From the NCBI GenBank assembly GCA_014802105.1, contig JAAVCX010000033.1, positions 14,242 through 78,241 of the forward strand: DNA of 64,000 nucleotides, written 5' to 3'. Source of the DNA: Bacteroides sp. (GTDB taxonomy: Bacteria; Bacteroidota; Bacteroidia; Bacteroidales; Muribaculaceae). A program made the translations under genes and the position numbers. The notes below the pieces were generated by a model. The model made no database searches. It saw only the letters and a program-made list of their open reading frames with translations, and was not told the origin of the DNA. Below are positions 29,302 through 38,917 of this stretch, in pieces; positions within the stretch are counted from its first letter, which is position 1; each line of letters opens with the position of its first letter.

Positions 29302-29943
29302 TTAGAACTTATAGCCAACAGTCACATAGATAGCGGAATTTTTCACACTCCAGGAATCGCCCTTATCTTCTTCTTTGAAAAGTGGAGTCAAACCAAATTC
29401 ATATTCAGCGCCTACAACAAAGCGCTTGAATTCAAGATCTACGCCAAAGTCAAGACCAACTTCAAAGCGCTTTCCGCCATTTTTGAAAAGATTCTCGCTA
29501 CCCGAATAATTGTCGCTAAAACTTCCCTCACTATAACTCTCAGAAAATTTTGCTTTTCCGGCAAAACCAAATGCAAAATAAGGACCAGCCTTAGCTACAA
29601 GATTGAGGCGATCAGTAAGATTAAAGCGATAAGCTCCAAGTACAGGTATCTGGAAGTAATAGATATCAATTGTCTCATCATACTTAAAGCTATCATCTTT
29701 ATATCCCCACTTGGCACCCTTAAGTGCAAACTCTGCTGAAGGCATAAGTGAAAAATTAGAAGTAAGGGGATACTCCATACCAACACCAAGCTTGCCAACG
29801 AAATGAGTCTTGCCATCTTCATTATCTCCATCGGAATAGAGACATGAGGAAATACCAAAACCGGCCTTGGCGTTCCAGGTGATCTGAGCAGAAGCTGTAA
29901 TAGCAAACATAGCTACTACGAGTAAACATAGAAGTTTTTTCAT
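29302..29943 (-). CDS. Outer-membrane beta-barrel (porin-family) protein
   Basis: Signal peptide, amphipathic strands, C-terminal VGYKF. Confidence 0.85.
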   Translation of the reverse strand: MKKLLCLLVVAMFAITASAQITWNAKAGFGISSCLYSDGDNEDGKTHFVGKLGVGMEYPLTSNFSLMPSAEFALKGAKWGYKDDSFKYDETIDIYYFQIPVLGAYRFNLTDRLNLVAKAGPYFAFGFAGKAKFSESYSEGSFSDNYSGSENLFKNGGKRFEVGLDFGVDLEFKRFVVGAEYEFGLTPLFKEEDKGDSWSVKNSAIYVTVGYKF

Positions 29944-30007
29944 AATGATAATAATTTAGGGTTAATGAAACGTGTTAATTTATTGTTGATCAATCAATAA
30001 AATCTTA

Positions 30008-31669
30008 TTAAAAGCCGAGACCTTCCCACGAATTTTTCAGGCTTGATGATACTGCGAGCGAAGGAGTTTGATTTTTATCATTCTTGATAATCGAGTCCTT
30101 GCGCACACCTTCCGAGACTGACTGAAACAGTTCGCCAAACTTGATCTCTCCATTTGACTGCTGGAGAGTCTTCAACACGTGATAGGTGAACATGCCATGT
30201 CCTTTTTCATCATAGCCCATTGCAGTCTCGGCCTCAGATGTTGCCGAGAGGACAATGACATTTCCTGTCACTGTCTCTTTCTTGGGTTTACGGGCCACAG
30301 CGCGGGCTGCGATCAAGCCCGAATTGTCACGGTTGAGGCCTGAGAAACAAGCATCGAGAAGCACCACCACACTCTCGGCCGGCATTTCACCGAAACGCTT
30401 GTAGATGTCGCCAAGTGAGAAGCATGTTGAAGGCACAGTGACGAGGCCGTCGGATGGCACGATGAAGGCGGTCTGATCCTCCTCACTGGGCGATCCATGA
30501 CCCGCATAATAGAACACAAATTTCGATTTACCATTGGTTGCAGCGGCCAGGCTCTCCATTTTCCTCAACGCCCGGGTCATAGAGGTGTAAGAAGCGTTGG
30601 TATAGAGAAACACCTGACTTTCGGGCACTCCGAGCGCATTGATACAATACTCCTTGAAAGTATTGCCGTCGTTATTGGCATAGTTTACGGTGGGAAGTTC
30701 GTCATACTCCTCATTGGCGATAATAAAGCAGAAAGTTGCCTCATTGACCTTCTGGGACTGGGGGATATTAACATCTACATCAGAGAATTTACGGGTTTTA
30801 GGTGTGGATTCAGTAGCCGGAGCTGGGAGCGCCTGTGCAACCAACGGTTCAGACGGCTGTTCTTCAAGCTTATCTCTATTATCCACACTACCGCTATTAT
30901 CCCCCCCGCCAAACATATTGGTAAACTTGGAGAACATACCCCCTTTCTTTCGTCCAGTCTCTTTATTCTGCTTTTTGGCAGCCTTGGCAGACTCCTCAAG
31001 GGCGAGAAGCTCCTGACGCTTTTTCTCAAGCTCTCGTTCTTCATTCTCCTTATTTAGTTTGTTAAGCTCGGCCTTGCGCTTTGCGATGGCTATATCCAGA
31101 TCTTCAGCCTCGCGCTGTCTCTCTTTCTGAACTTTTATCTCTTTCTTATCAACTTTATCATTCTTTTTGCCCTTTTCAGTGTCGTTTTGAGCAAGCATAA
31201 GTCGATCAACACCACTTCCGGAGTTGTCATAGCTAAACGGGCGCGACGTATAGTTTTTCACCAATGCCACATCGAAATTCTCGGGACCATAGAATATTAT
31301 ATCATTACCCTTGCGGAAAGCGTTGGAGTTCACTCTGATAAGAGTAGACGGTAGGGTAACCTTACGCAACTGGCGGAACTCATTGAAACAGAATTTGGCT
31401 ATCTCCTCGACACCCTCCTCTATGACAAGCTCCGATGCCATATAATTGTGTCCGTTGATAAAACAGCTCACTTTCCTGACCGGCACCCCGTCGATCGAGC
31501 CGGGTATCACCACTACATCGGCATCATCGTCAAACGACGTGATGGTGATCGCTCCGCGGTCTTCATTACACTTGAAAGTAACATCTCCATAGACATATTT
31601 GAAACTGCGCGCGTGTGAAATCCCCACGGCTAAAATCATGACTATAAAAAGCAAGCAAATCTTTCTCAT
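30008..31669 (-). CDS. Exported caspase-family (C14) peptidase with N-terminal BspA-like LRR and coiled coil
   Basis: Signal peptide; IEEGVEEI...LPSTL..V..NAF; IIANEEY; catalytic YYAGHG and LDACFSG. Confidence 0.88.
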   Translation of the reverse strand: MRKICLLFIVMILAVGISHARSFKYVYGDVTFKCNEDRGAITITSFDDDADVVVIPGSIDGVPVRKVSCFINGHNYMASELVIEEGVEEIAKFCFNEFRQLRKVTLPSTLIRVNSNAFRKGNDIIFYGPENFDVALVKNYTSRPFSYDNSGSGVDRLMLAQNDTEKGKKNDKVDKKEIKVQKERQREAEDLDIAIAKRKAELNKLNKENEERELEKKRQELLALEESAKAAKKQNKETGRKKGGMFSKFTNMFGGGDNSGSVDNRDKLEEQPSEPLVAQALPAPATESTPKTRKFSDVDVNIPQSQKVNEATFCFIIANEEYDELPTVNYANNDGNTFKEYCINALGVPESQVFLYTNASYTSMTRALRKMESLAAATNGKSKFVFYYAGHGSPSEEDQTAFIVPSDGLVTVPSTCFSLGDIYKRFGEMPAESVVVLLDACFSGLNRDNSGLIAARAVARKPKKETVTGNVIVLSATSEAETAMGYDEKGHGMFTYHVLKTLQQSNGEIKFGELFQSVSEGVRKDSIIKNDKNQTPSLAVSSSLKNSWEGLGF

Positions 31670-31675
31670 GTCGTA

Positions 31676-32548
31676 TTATTTATTGATTTTGACAGTGATT
31701 GTCTGAACATTCATTCTCTTGTCGTGTTTGCGGTTGCGTGTGAGCCACTTGCTGAACTCCTCGTAAGAGATTACCGGGACTTCGAGATGGCGTGTATCTG
31801 AGAGCGGGGAGGTGAATTTGTCGGGCGAGAAGACAACATATATCGAGTTATACTCTACATCGGCACTACACATCAGCACATAATTCTCGACCTCTCCAGC
31901 CTCAGACCTTTCACAGGTATTTTCCGAAAAAAATATATAGGGTCTTCCTCTCTTCACCGGATAGGACGAGAGGCCCGAACTCTCGTAAGGGAGCAGGAGG
32001 CTGACCGTGGCAGTGGTCTCATCAAGGAGAAAGACAGCCAGATAGCCGTTTTCGGGCGAGCGGAAATAGAGGAAAATATCGTCATTGTCCTTAAACTCCC
32101 GGGTCTCATACTTCAGATCGGGGGCGTGTCTCAGAGTTCTGACATCCAGATCAATCGAGGCGGTCTCGATCTCACAGGCCTCGCCTTTCACCCAGGCCTT
32201 CACCACGAGCATATCCTGCTCGTATGTGATCGTGTAACGTGGGGAGCCGATAGTGCGTATCCACTCGCCCTTCACCTCGCTTCCTCCTATAGAGAAGAAA
32301 CTGTTGTCAGTCTCCGATCCGTCGTTCTTGACCACACTCGAAGAGTTTTGTGAGACGAGTGTGCCAAACTCGTTGGCTATCGCTGCGATCATAGCTCGAT
32401 CGGTAGCAACCCTACGCGCCTCGGCAGGCGACATATTCTCGGGAGCATAGAAAGTGTACTCCCCCTCAACCGTCTTGACCTTACGGGCAGAAACATCGAG
32501 GGAAAGTAACACGGCAGCACAAAAGATCACGCTCCGCAAGTTCATCAC
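31676..32548 (-). CDS. Exported DUF4384-domain protein
   Basis: Signal peptide; C-terminal FK..D.I.L.F.SP..GYLAVFLLD...LLLP pattern. Confidence 0.7.
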   Translation of the reverse strand: MMNLRSVIFCAAVLLSLDVSARKVKTVEGEYTFYAPENMSPAEARRVATDRAMIAAIANEFGTLVSQNSSSVVKNDGSETDNSFFSIGGSEVKGEWIRTIGSPRYTITYEQDMLVVKAWVKGEACEIETASIDLDVRTLRHAPDLKYETREFKDNDDIFLYFRSPENGYLAVFLLDETTATVSLLLPYESSGLSSYPVKRGRPYIFFSENTCERSEAGEVENYVLMCSADVEYNSIYVVFSPDKFTSPLSDTRHLEVPVISYEEFSKWLTRNRKHDKRMNVQTITVKINK

Positions 32549-33216
32549 TTACCAAGCATCTGATCAAGTTTCTCCTGAAGCTGAGACGAGTCCTCCTTCA
32601 GGTTTTCGATAATAGCTTTTTTGGCAGCACGCTTGGCCATCTCGCTGTTATAAGCGATCATTATGCGCACCTCCTTCTTCTTACCGGGAGCGATTCGGTA
32701 GATCTCTATGACATCGACCACGCGACCTATACTCTGGGAAATGATCTGTTTTGAGGCGTTGACAGTCTTCAAGAAACTATTGACCTCGTCTTCCGAGATC
32801 TGCTCGTTGGCACCCTCGGTTGTAATCAGCGCCGCCACCTCACTCTGTATCTTCTCGGCGATATTCTGCTTGGCAAGCGCGGTCGCCTGAATCTTGGCCG
32901 CGTCATAGTTGGCTCCAAGACTCATAGCCTCACCCATAATGTATTTGGGAAACATATCCTCGTCATACTCCATCTGCATCATGTAGGAGCGGTCGAGCTG
33001 CCTCTCCACCGGCAGTGCGCCGGGCGCCGCGAGCCATCCCTCTTTCTTAAGTCGCTTGGCCTCATTCTTGGCCTCCTTTGATGCCTTCTCGTTTAATTCA
33101 GACTTGGACATCTTGCGTATGACCTCGCGCTCACGGCGTATGTCCTCATAGGACTGCGCGCAGATTGTCGCGCCACACATCAGAGCGGTAATCACGACAA
33201 GAAAAAAACGTTTCAT
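32545..33216 (-). CDS. Exported LPP20-like hypothetical protein
   Basis: Signal peptide; G.A.S...YDAAK..A...AK.NIAE.I.SEV helix pattern. Confidence 0.6.
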   Translation of the reverse strand: MKRFFLVVITALMCGATICAQSYEDIRREREVIRKMSKSELNEKASKEAKNEAKRLKKEGWLAAPGALPVERQLDRSYMMQMEYDEDMFPKYIMGEAMSLGANYDAAKIQATALAKQNIAEKIQSEVAALITTEGANEQISEDEVNSFLKTVNASKQIISQSIGRVVDVIEIYRIAPGKKKEVRIMIAYNSEMAKRAAKKAIIENLKEDSSQLQEKLDQMLGK

Positions 33217-33259
33217 AGGTATTTGTTTTTATGGTTAATAATCAAATTTATTACCGCAT

Positions 33260-33580
33260 AAAAACAAAAAGCGTGGAACCCGTCATTGCTTGTTCCACTA
33301 TCTGAGGCCTCGCATGCCTATCACAATCGAACAAGCAACGCTGAAGCCCACGCCGTATATTACCATACAGGCCACGACAGGCTCTAAAATATAGAGCACA
33401 TCGAAGCATGTCACAGATAACATACCTATGAGCATCTACCGTTACATTGGCCTTGATTGTGATTAGAAAGTTGCGAGTTTTCAGATAGTCAAGTCCAAGC
33501 GCAGAAGACGCTTAATGTTATAATACGTGTCCCACCCTCCTCTCGGGCTCCAGCCGGATGCTTTAGCCTAAATTCGGTTA
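33260..33580 (-). promoter_or_regulatory. Long structured 5' leader (candidate attenuator) of the caspase operon
   Basis: Terminator-like stem 33271-295/33329-353 with U-tract; its loop (33298-328) is complementary to upstream 33455-488. Confidence 0.65.
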
Positions 33581-33588
33581 GGACGTTG

Positions 33589-33620
33589 CAAATGTAACAA
33601 CATTTATAGGTTTATGCAAA
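33589..33620 (-). promoter_or_regulatory. Canonical Bacteroidetes promoter of the caspase operon
   Basis: TTTG-N20-TACATTTG on - strand. Confidence 0.7.
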
Positions 33621-33673
33621 AAAATTATAATAAAATTCTGATAATACTGTCTGCAAAACTATTGATAGGGACA

Positions 33674-34630
33674 TTACAAATCTTCCGGGCGATTGTGGCC
33701 GGAGGTTTTTCTGTTGCGTGGATGGTAGGCGAGGATGTCGGCGCGCAGGGCCGAGGAGTCGAGATGGAGATAGATCTGGGTGGTGGCGATGGATTCATGG
33801 CCGAGCATCTGCTGGATGGCGCGCAGATTGGCTCCCCCCTCGAGCAGGTGGGTGGCAAAGGAGTGGCGCAGAGTGTGGGGCGAAATGGTGCGCTTGATTC
33901 CGGCCTCCTCGGCGAGCCCACACACTATCTGAAAGACCCGTTGGCGTGTGAGCCGGCCACCGCGCCGGTTGAGAAACAGGATATTCTCGTCGCCAGGCTT
34001 GATCTTGAGCCTCGATCGGTCATACATCCATATCTCGATCTCCTCGAGGGCACTATCCGAGATGGGGACTATGCGCTGCTTGTCTCCCTTGCCGGTGACA
34101 GAGAGAAATCCCTGACGCGGATATATACCTGAGATTTCGAGCGTGATGAGCTCGCTGACACGCAGTCCGCAACCATAGAGCACTTCCATCATGGCCCTGT
34201 CGCGCTGATACTCGGCTTTGGTCTGGTCGATCGACTCGATCATTGCATCGACCTCCTCGAGAGTGAGCACTTCGGGCAGATGCAATCCCACCCTGGGCGA
34301 CTCAAGCAATGCCGAGGGATCGGTGGGGAGATAGCGATCCTCCTCGAGATAGCTGAAAAATGAGCGTATCGAGGCAATGATGCGCGCACGGGTGCGCACA
34401 GCTATGCCAAGGTCATTGAGGTCGCCGAGAAAGAGACGCAGATGTTCGAGGGTCACTTCGCGCAGAGGTATTCGCCCCTCGGGACGGTCTGACCCGTCGG
34501 CAAGCCAGAGCAGGAGTCGCCTGATGTCGCGCAGATAGGCTTCGCGGGTATTGGCCGAGAGGCCGCGCTCGAGCCTGATGTAACTGCCGAAGTTCTTGAG
34601 CAGCCGGTCGATGTCGAGTTCTCTTTCCAT
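33674..34630 (-). CDS. xerD: Site-specific tyrosine recombinase XerD/XerC
   Basis: ERGLS.NT..AY, LYGCGLRVSEL, GKGDKQR, HTLRHSFATHLL, LGHESIATTQIY. Confidence 0.85.
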   Translation of the reverse strand: MERELDIDRLLKNFGSYIRLERGLSANTREAYLRDIRRLLLWLADGSDRPEGRIPLREVTLEHLRLFLGDLNDLGIAVRTRARIIASIRSFFSYLEEDRYLPTDPSALLESPRVGLHLPEVLTLEEVDAMIESIDQTKAEYQRDRAMMEVLYGCGLRVSELITLEISGIYPRQGFLSVTGKGDKQRIVPISDSALEEIEIWMYDRSRLKIKPGDENILFLNRRGGRLTRQRVFQIVCGLAEEAGIKRTISPHTLRHSFATHLLEGGANLRAIQQMLGHESIATTQIYLHLDSSALRADILAYHPRNRKTSGHNRPEDL

Positions 34631-34648
34631 GACTGAACGCTTCGGTTC

Positions 34649-35167
34649 TCAGAAATCGATTTCAAAATCCTGGCGCGGCAGGTCGTGGCGTATCACGACA
34701 ATACCGATGGTGCCGTTGGTGAAGGTCATGCCATAGTCAAGCGAACGGCACACACGCTCCCACTCTCCGGGATTGCCTTTGAGATCGCGCACTATCACTA
34801 CCGTCACTTCAAGAGCCTTGAGCTCTATAGCGCCGGCCGGGAAATTATTGTGGGAGCCTCTCACCGGGAGTGAGACACGGCTGTCGGCCAGAGTGATGAC
34901 GCGCCGCTCGGCTTGTGAGAGATGGCTGCTCATCACGCTCGCAGGCTCAAACTCTGCCACGAGTCGAAACAAGAGTTTATGCCACCTGACATCGCCGCCG
35001 AGCTGCTCGATCGGCCGATAGGAATAATAGGGGGTCTTCTCGCGGAGCACTCCGAGTATAAATCGATAGGCAAAAGGGGAATGAACTCCGTGTCCTCGAC
35101 TGCGCCAGGCGCGTCGGATACGGGCCGCGAGCCGATTGAAAAAGGCTATGATCCCCTGAAATATCAT
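34649..35167 (-). CDS. Hypothetical protein related to Bacteroidetes SAM-methyltransferase-like family (short form)
   Basis: GHGVHSPFAY N-terminal motif; start set at ATG 35167. Confidence 0.55.
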   Translation of the reverse strand: MIFQGIIAFFNRLAARIRRAWRSRGHGVHSPFAYRFILGVLREKTPYYSYRPIEQLGGDVRWHKLLFRLVAEFEPASVMSSHLSQAERRVITLADSRVSLPVRGSHNNFPAGAIELKALEVTVVIVRDLKGNPGEWERVCRSLDYGMTFTNGTIGIVVIRHDLPRQDFEIDF

Positions 35168-35168
35168 A

Positions 35169-37712
35169 TCACTTGGACTGAGTTGACCCGGTGGAGAGAT
35201 ATTTCCTGAGCCCCAGACCAAGGGCGGCAAGCACCGTGAGATAGATCAGTATCACCGAGACGGTGGCCAAAGTGTCGGCACGCTTCACGCTCACCGGCTC
35301 GAAGCTCATGACGATCTCGTGGTCGCCGGCCGGGAGATTGATAGCTCGCAAGAGATAGTCCACTCGACCGATATGGGTCTCCTCGCCGTCGATGGTAGCA
35401 GTCCAGCCCCAGGGGAAATAGACCTCCGAGAAGACTGCCGTCGCCCCTTTGGATGTGCGGGCACGGTAGGTGAGCCGGTCGGGAGCGTAGGAGGTCTCAT
35501 AGATAGTGTCGCCCGGGGCTGCAGGAGTGGCGGTGCCGAGCATCGGGGCAAACCGGCTGTCGGCCACAGCCGTATAGCGCGGGTCTATGACATCGAGGGC
35601 GGCCATCTCGCGGTCGGGAGATGACACATAGATGATCGAGTCGACCAGCCAAGCGTTGCCGTAGGCCTCGGGGTTGTAGAGGGGCGAACCGTCCATGCCC
35701 ACCACATAGCGAGCGTTGAGCATATTGAGCACATTCCAGTCGGCATCGTTCTGAGTGCCGCGGGTGAAGGCCGAGAGATGGCGGTCGATCATATCCTGAT
35801 AGCGTGTGAGCTTGGCGGCGTGATAACCGCCTACTGTCTTGTGATAATAGGAGGGATCGGCACTGTAAAAACGGGGTATATCCATCACGCGGTAGTTGGC
35901 CGTGGTGTCGCGGAGTATCTGTGCGTCGGCAGGGGTCATGGCTATTGGGGGGCCTACTGTCAGTTGACGGGGCGCGAAACTGTCGTGACTGAGATAACGC
36001 TTGTTGACGGCAAAGAGGTCAAAGACCACTACCAGAGCTATCAGTCCGACGGCGACTCCGGCCTTGAGACGGTTGTTGAAATAGAGCCAGAGCAGGGCGC
36101 CCCCGGCGAGAAGCAACACGAGCGAGCGCAGGGAGTCGGCCTTGACAAGACCATAGCGCAGAGACTCGACCGCCGAATAGATCTCGGGGCTGGACAGCGA
36201 GAAACCCCGGGCCGTGGCCGCGTCATAGCCCTGTTGCATAAGCTGGGAGCTGATCATGGAGTCGATCATGCGGTCATTATCGCTGATGGCACTGCCATAG
36301 ATACCGGGCATGAGCCAGCCGGCCAGGCAGAGCAGGGCCGGAACGCCGAAACAGCAGAGGGCCGGTTTGAGATAGAGCTGTTTGAGCTGTTCGCGCGGAG
36401 TGGTGAAGATCTGCTGGAGAGCCATAGCTCCGAGCAGGGGCATAGTGAACTCAGCTATGACGAGTATGCTCTCGACCGTGCGGAACTTTGAGTACATCGG
36501 CATATAGTCGATCATCAGGTCGGTCAGCCACATAGCATGACGTCCCCAGGCAAGCATCAGGGAGAAGATAGTGAGTATCACCAAAGCCCATTTCAAGGGC
36601 CCCTTCACCACCACAGCGCCGAGCAGAAACAGAGCCACTACGAGCGCACCGACATAGACGGGGCCGTTTGTTCCCTCGGGATCGCCGAAATAGGGGCTGA
36701 GATACTGTATATACTGTTGCTCGAGCTGGCCGTAATTGCGCGCGGCCGGCAGATCGCTGAGCCCGGCGGCCTGGATGCGTCCCCCGGTCATGCGTGCCGA
36801 GTAGCCTCCCTTGATATTGGGAATGAGCAACGAGAACGACTCGGAAGGCTGATAGGAATATTGTGTGATATAATCGCGGTCGAGGCCCGAGGTCTCACCG
36901 GCGTTGCCCTGAGGGTCGGCGGAGGTCAGTTCGGAATGTTGACCGCGAATAGTCTCTTTGGAGTATTCGTATGTACTGTAAAGGCTCGGGGCATTGGCAC
37001 CGACAGCAAGGAGGGCGGCCACGGCAAGCACTGCGGTGGCTTTACACCATCCGGCCATCTGACGTTCTTTCACAGCCTTGACCAGATAAGCGAGCACTAT
37101 GCCGAGGATCACAAACATGAAGTAGTAGGACATCTGCACATGATTGCCGGCGATCTGCATCATGGCGAAAAATCCCGCCATGGCGCCGCCCTGAAGCAGG
37201 CGTCCGCGATAGGCGAGTATAATACCTCCTATGGTGGGGGGCACATAGGCCAGCGTAATGAATTTCCAGAGATGGCCGGCTCCGATGATGATCACAAAGT
37301 AGCTCGAGAAACCATAGGCCACTGCTCCGAGCAGAGCCACATACCATCTCATGCCCATAGCCAGGAGCATCAGGAAGAAGCCGGTCATCATCATGGCCAG
37401 ATAGGACGACGGCGAGGGCAGACCGAGCCCCATGACGGTGTCGATCCAGCCAAACAACCGCGAGGAGGGGAAACCGGGAGTGATCTGAAAGGTGGGCATA
37501 CCCGAGAACAGGGAGCCTGTCCACCGCGGCACATCACCGGTCGCCTCATGGTAGATCACCGCCTCGCGGGAGTTGGCGATACCCTGCATGGTGTCATGCT
37601 GACGGAGTTCGTTGCCCTGAGGGGCATCCGGATAAAAGAAGGCAAAGGCGATGGCGGCGATAGCCACGATCCCTATTATGAAAGTGACGACTCGGCTGTT
37701 ACGGCTAAGCAT
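35169..37712 (-). CDS. YfhO-family polytopic membrane protein (GT-C-like)
   Basis: Many TM helices; WT.SLFSGMP, H.QMSYY, GGYHAAKL.RYQ, FSEVYFP.GW. Confidence 0.88.
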   Translation of the reverse strand: MLSRNSRVVTFIIGIVAIAAIAFAFFYPDAPQGNELRQHDTMQGIANSREAVIYHEATGDVPRWTGSLFSGMPTFQITPGFPSSRLFGWIDTVMGLGLPSPSSYLAMMMTGFFLMLLAMGMRWYVALLGAVAYGFSSYFVIIIGAGHLWKFITLAYVPPTIGGIILAYRGRLLQGGAMAGFFAMMQIAGNHVQMSYYFMFVILGIVLAYLVKAVKERQMAGWCKATAVLAVAALLAVGANAPSLYSTYEYSKETIRGQHSELTSADPQGNAGETSGLDRDYITQYSYQPSESFSLLIPNIKGGYSARMTGGRIQAAGLSDLPAARNYGQLEQQYIQYLSPYFGDPEGTNGPVYVGALVVALFLLGAVVVKGPLKWALVILTIFSLMLAWGRHAMWLTDLMIDYMPMYSKFRTVESILVIAEFTMPLLGAMALQQIFTTPREQLKQLYLKPALCCFGVPALLCLAGWLMPGIYGSAISDNDRMIDSMISSQLMQQGYDAATARGFSLSSPEIYSAVESLRYGLVKADSLRSLVLLLAGGALLWLYFNNRLKAGVAVGLIALVVVFDLFAVNKRYLSHDSFAPRQLTVGPPIAMTPADAQILRDTTANYRVMDIPRFYSADPSYYHKTVGGYHAAKLTRYQDMIDRHLSAFTRGTQNDADWNVLNMLNARYVVGMDGSPLYNPEAYGNAWLVDSIIYVSSPDREMAALDVIDPRYTAVADSRFAPMLGTATPAAPGDTIYETSYAPDRLTYRARTSKGATAVFSEVYFPWGWTATIDGEETHIGRVDYLLRAINLPAGDHEIVMSFEPVSVKRADTLATVSVILIYLTVLAALGLGLRKYLSTGSTQSK

Positions 37713-37748
37713 GGATTGTTGGGAGTGTTTATGTTACTTAATGGCAAA

Positions 37749-38309
37749 TCATTGTGCGGGGCGAAGCTCAAGGGGGATCTCCTCGGCTTGCGCGGCAGAG
37801 TCGGGCGCAGAGGCTTCCTCAGTCGAAACAGAGGTCATCGAGGAGTCGTGGATGGCATCATATTGCGTGAGCCTGTCGCGAAAGACCCTTGCAAGCGAAT
37901 CAAAATCGACAGCGGGATTGAGCCGACGGGCTTTATCAAAAGCTTTGCGCGTGTCTTTAGGATTGACACTGAGCGCAATGTCATATACATCTATATACTT
38001 GCGCAGGGTCTCAAGGTCGCGGCGCGACTGCTTGTTGGCCACAGCATCGTTATGTACCTGAAGGAAAGCCATCAGCACCTGTACGGTCTGATCGGGGGTA
38101 AAATCATCGACAAAGAGCGACATGCTGTCGGCCATCTGGGAGGCTCGCGAGAGATTGCCCCCACCGAGCGCATCAGCCAGAGGCGACTCCTGATCCGCTA
38201 CGGAAACCGGCTCCTCCGGGGCCGGCTCCTGACTCTTGCCCGAGCCACAGCCGACGGCACTCATAGCCAGAGTAAAAGCAACTATCGGATATATAAATTT
38301 ATGTTTCAT
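37749..38309 (-). CDS. Hypothetical lipoprotein
   Basis: Lipobox AVG-C after hydrophobic stretch; start set at ATG 38309; TACTTTTG promoter at 38333-40. Confidence 0.7.
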   Translation of the reverse strand: MKHKFIYPIVAFTLAMSAVGCGSGKSQEPAPEEPVSVADQESPLADALGGGNLSRASQMADSMSLFVDDFTPDQTVQVLMAFLQVHNDAVANKQSRRDLETLRKYIDVYDIALSVNPKDTRKAFDKARRLNPAVDFDSLARVFRDRLTQYDAIHDSSMTSVSTEEASAPDSAAQAEEIPLELRPAQ

Positions 38310-38377
38310 GGCAGAAATACCTGTTCTTTTCACAAAAGTATAAAAAAACTCCAACACTCCCAAACACGGAGGTCTCT

Positions 38378-38917
38378 CTATAAGCGCTCAGCCAATGCGA
38401 TGAGATTGCCTGACTCTCCCGACGAATAGGTCACTCTAAACCTATGGTCTCGGGCCAGAGCATAAGCCGTGTCGATACTTTCATCGGGAAATATCTCGAT
38501 TTCCGAGATCACAAGATCTGGGACTGATGCACATTTGAAGACAGCTTCCTTGGCTGTCCAGTAGCGCAGGAGCAGGTCAATGGAGGCATCGTCGTCCATC
38601 TCGCCACGCGACTTTACTTCCCGGTGCTCGCGGGATGTAAGGAAGCGCGGGGCGATCTTCAGCAGCCGCGGTCGACGCGACTCAATATCTATGCCTACGG
38701 GCAAGTCGCTGACAGCGACCACACACTCCCCCCGACAATGGGAGACAGAGACATACTCACTCCTACCCTCTATATAGGGAGCTCCGTCGTCACGATGGGA
38801 GATCCGGGTCTCCTGCCCGAAATAATCTCTGACAAGACTTAGGGCGGCGGCACGTTCCGCCTCCCGGCGGTCACTGCGTCGGCAGATTTCTATCGGAGCG
38901 CGGAGTATCTTCATCAT
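38378..38917 (-). CDS. 4'-phosphopantetheinyl transferase family protein
   Basis: G.PY, SVSH, VGIDIE, WTAKEAVFK; start near 38917. Confidence 0.88.
   Translation of the reverse strand: MMKILRAPIEICRRSDRREAERAAALSLVRDYFGQETRISHRDDGAPYIEGRSEYVSVSHCRGECVVAVSDLPVGIDIESRRPRLLKIAPRFLTSREHREVKSRGEMDDDASIDLLLRYWTAKEAVFKCASVPDLVISEIEIFPDESIDTAYALARDHRFRVTYSSGESGNLIALAERL

Noticed and set aside
33674-34630. Tyrosine recombinase as integrase of an island carrying the caspase operon
   Set aside because: Sequence is housekeeping XerD/C-like with host codon usage, in an operon with core genes; no att repeats found.
34649-35167. Functional SAM-dependent methyltransferase call
   Set aside because: Only the N-terminal HGVHSPF motif is present and the glycine-rich SAM-binding motif is not visible, so it was left as hypothetical.
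36537-38429. 630-aa + strand ORF (also 39040-40689, 45801-47234, 5637-6509, 12894-13889 and similar)
   Set aside because: Antisense shadows of well-supported genes, caused by biased codon usage; no recognisable motifs.
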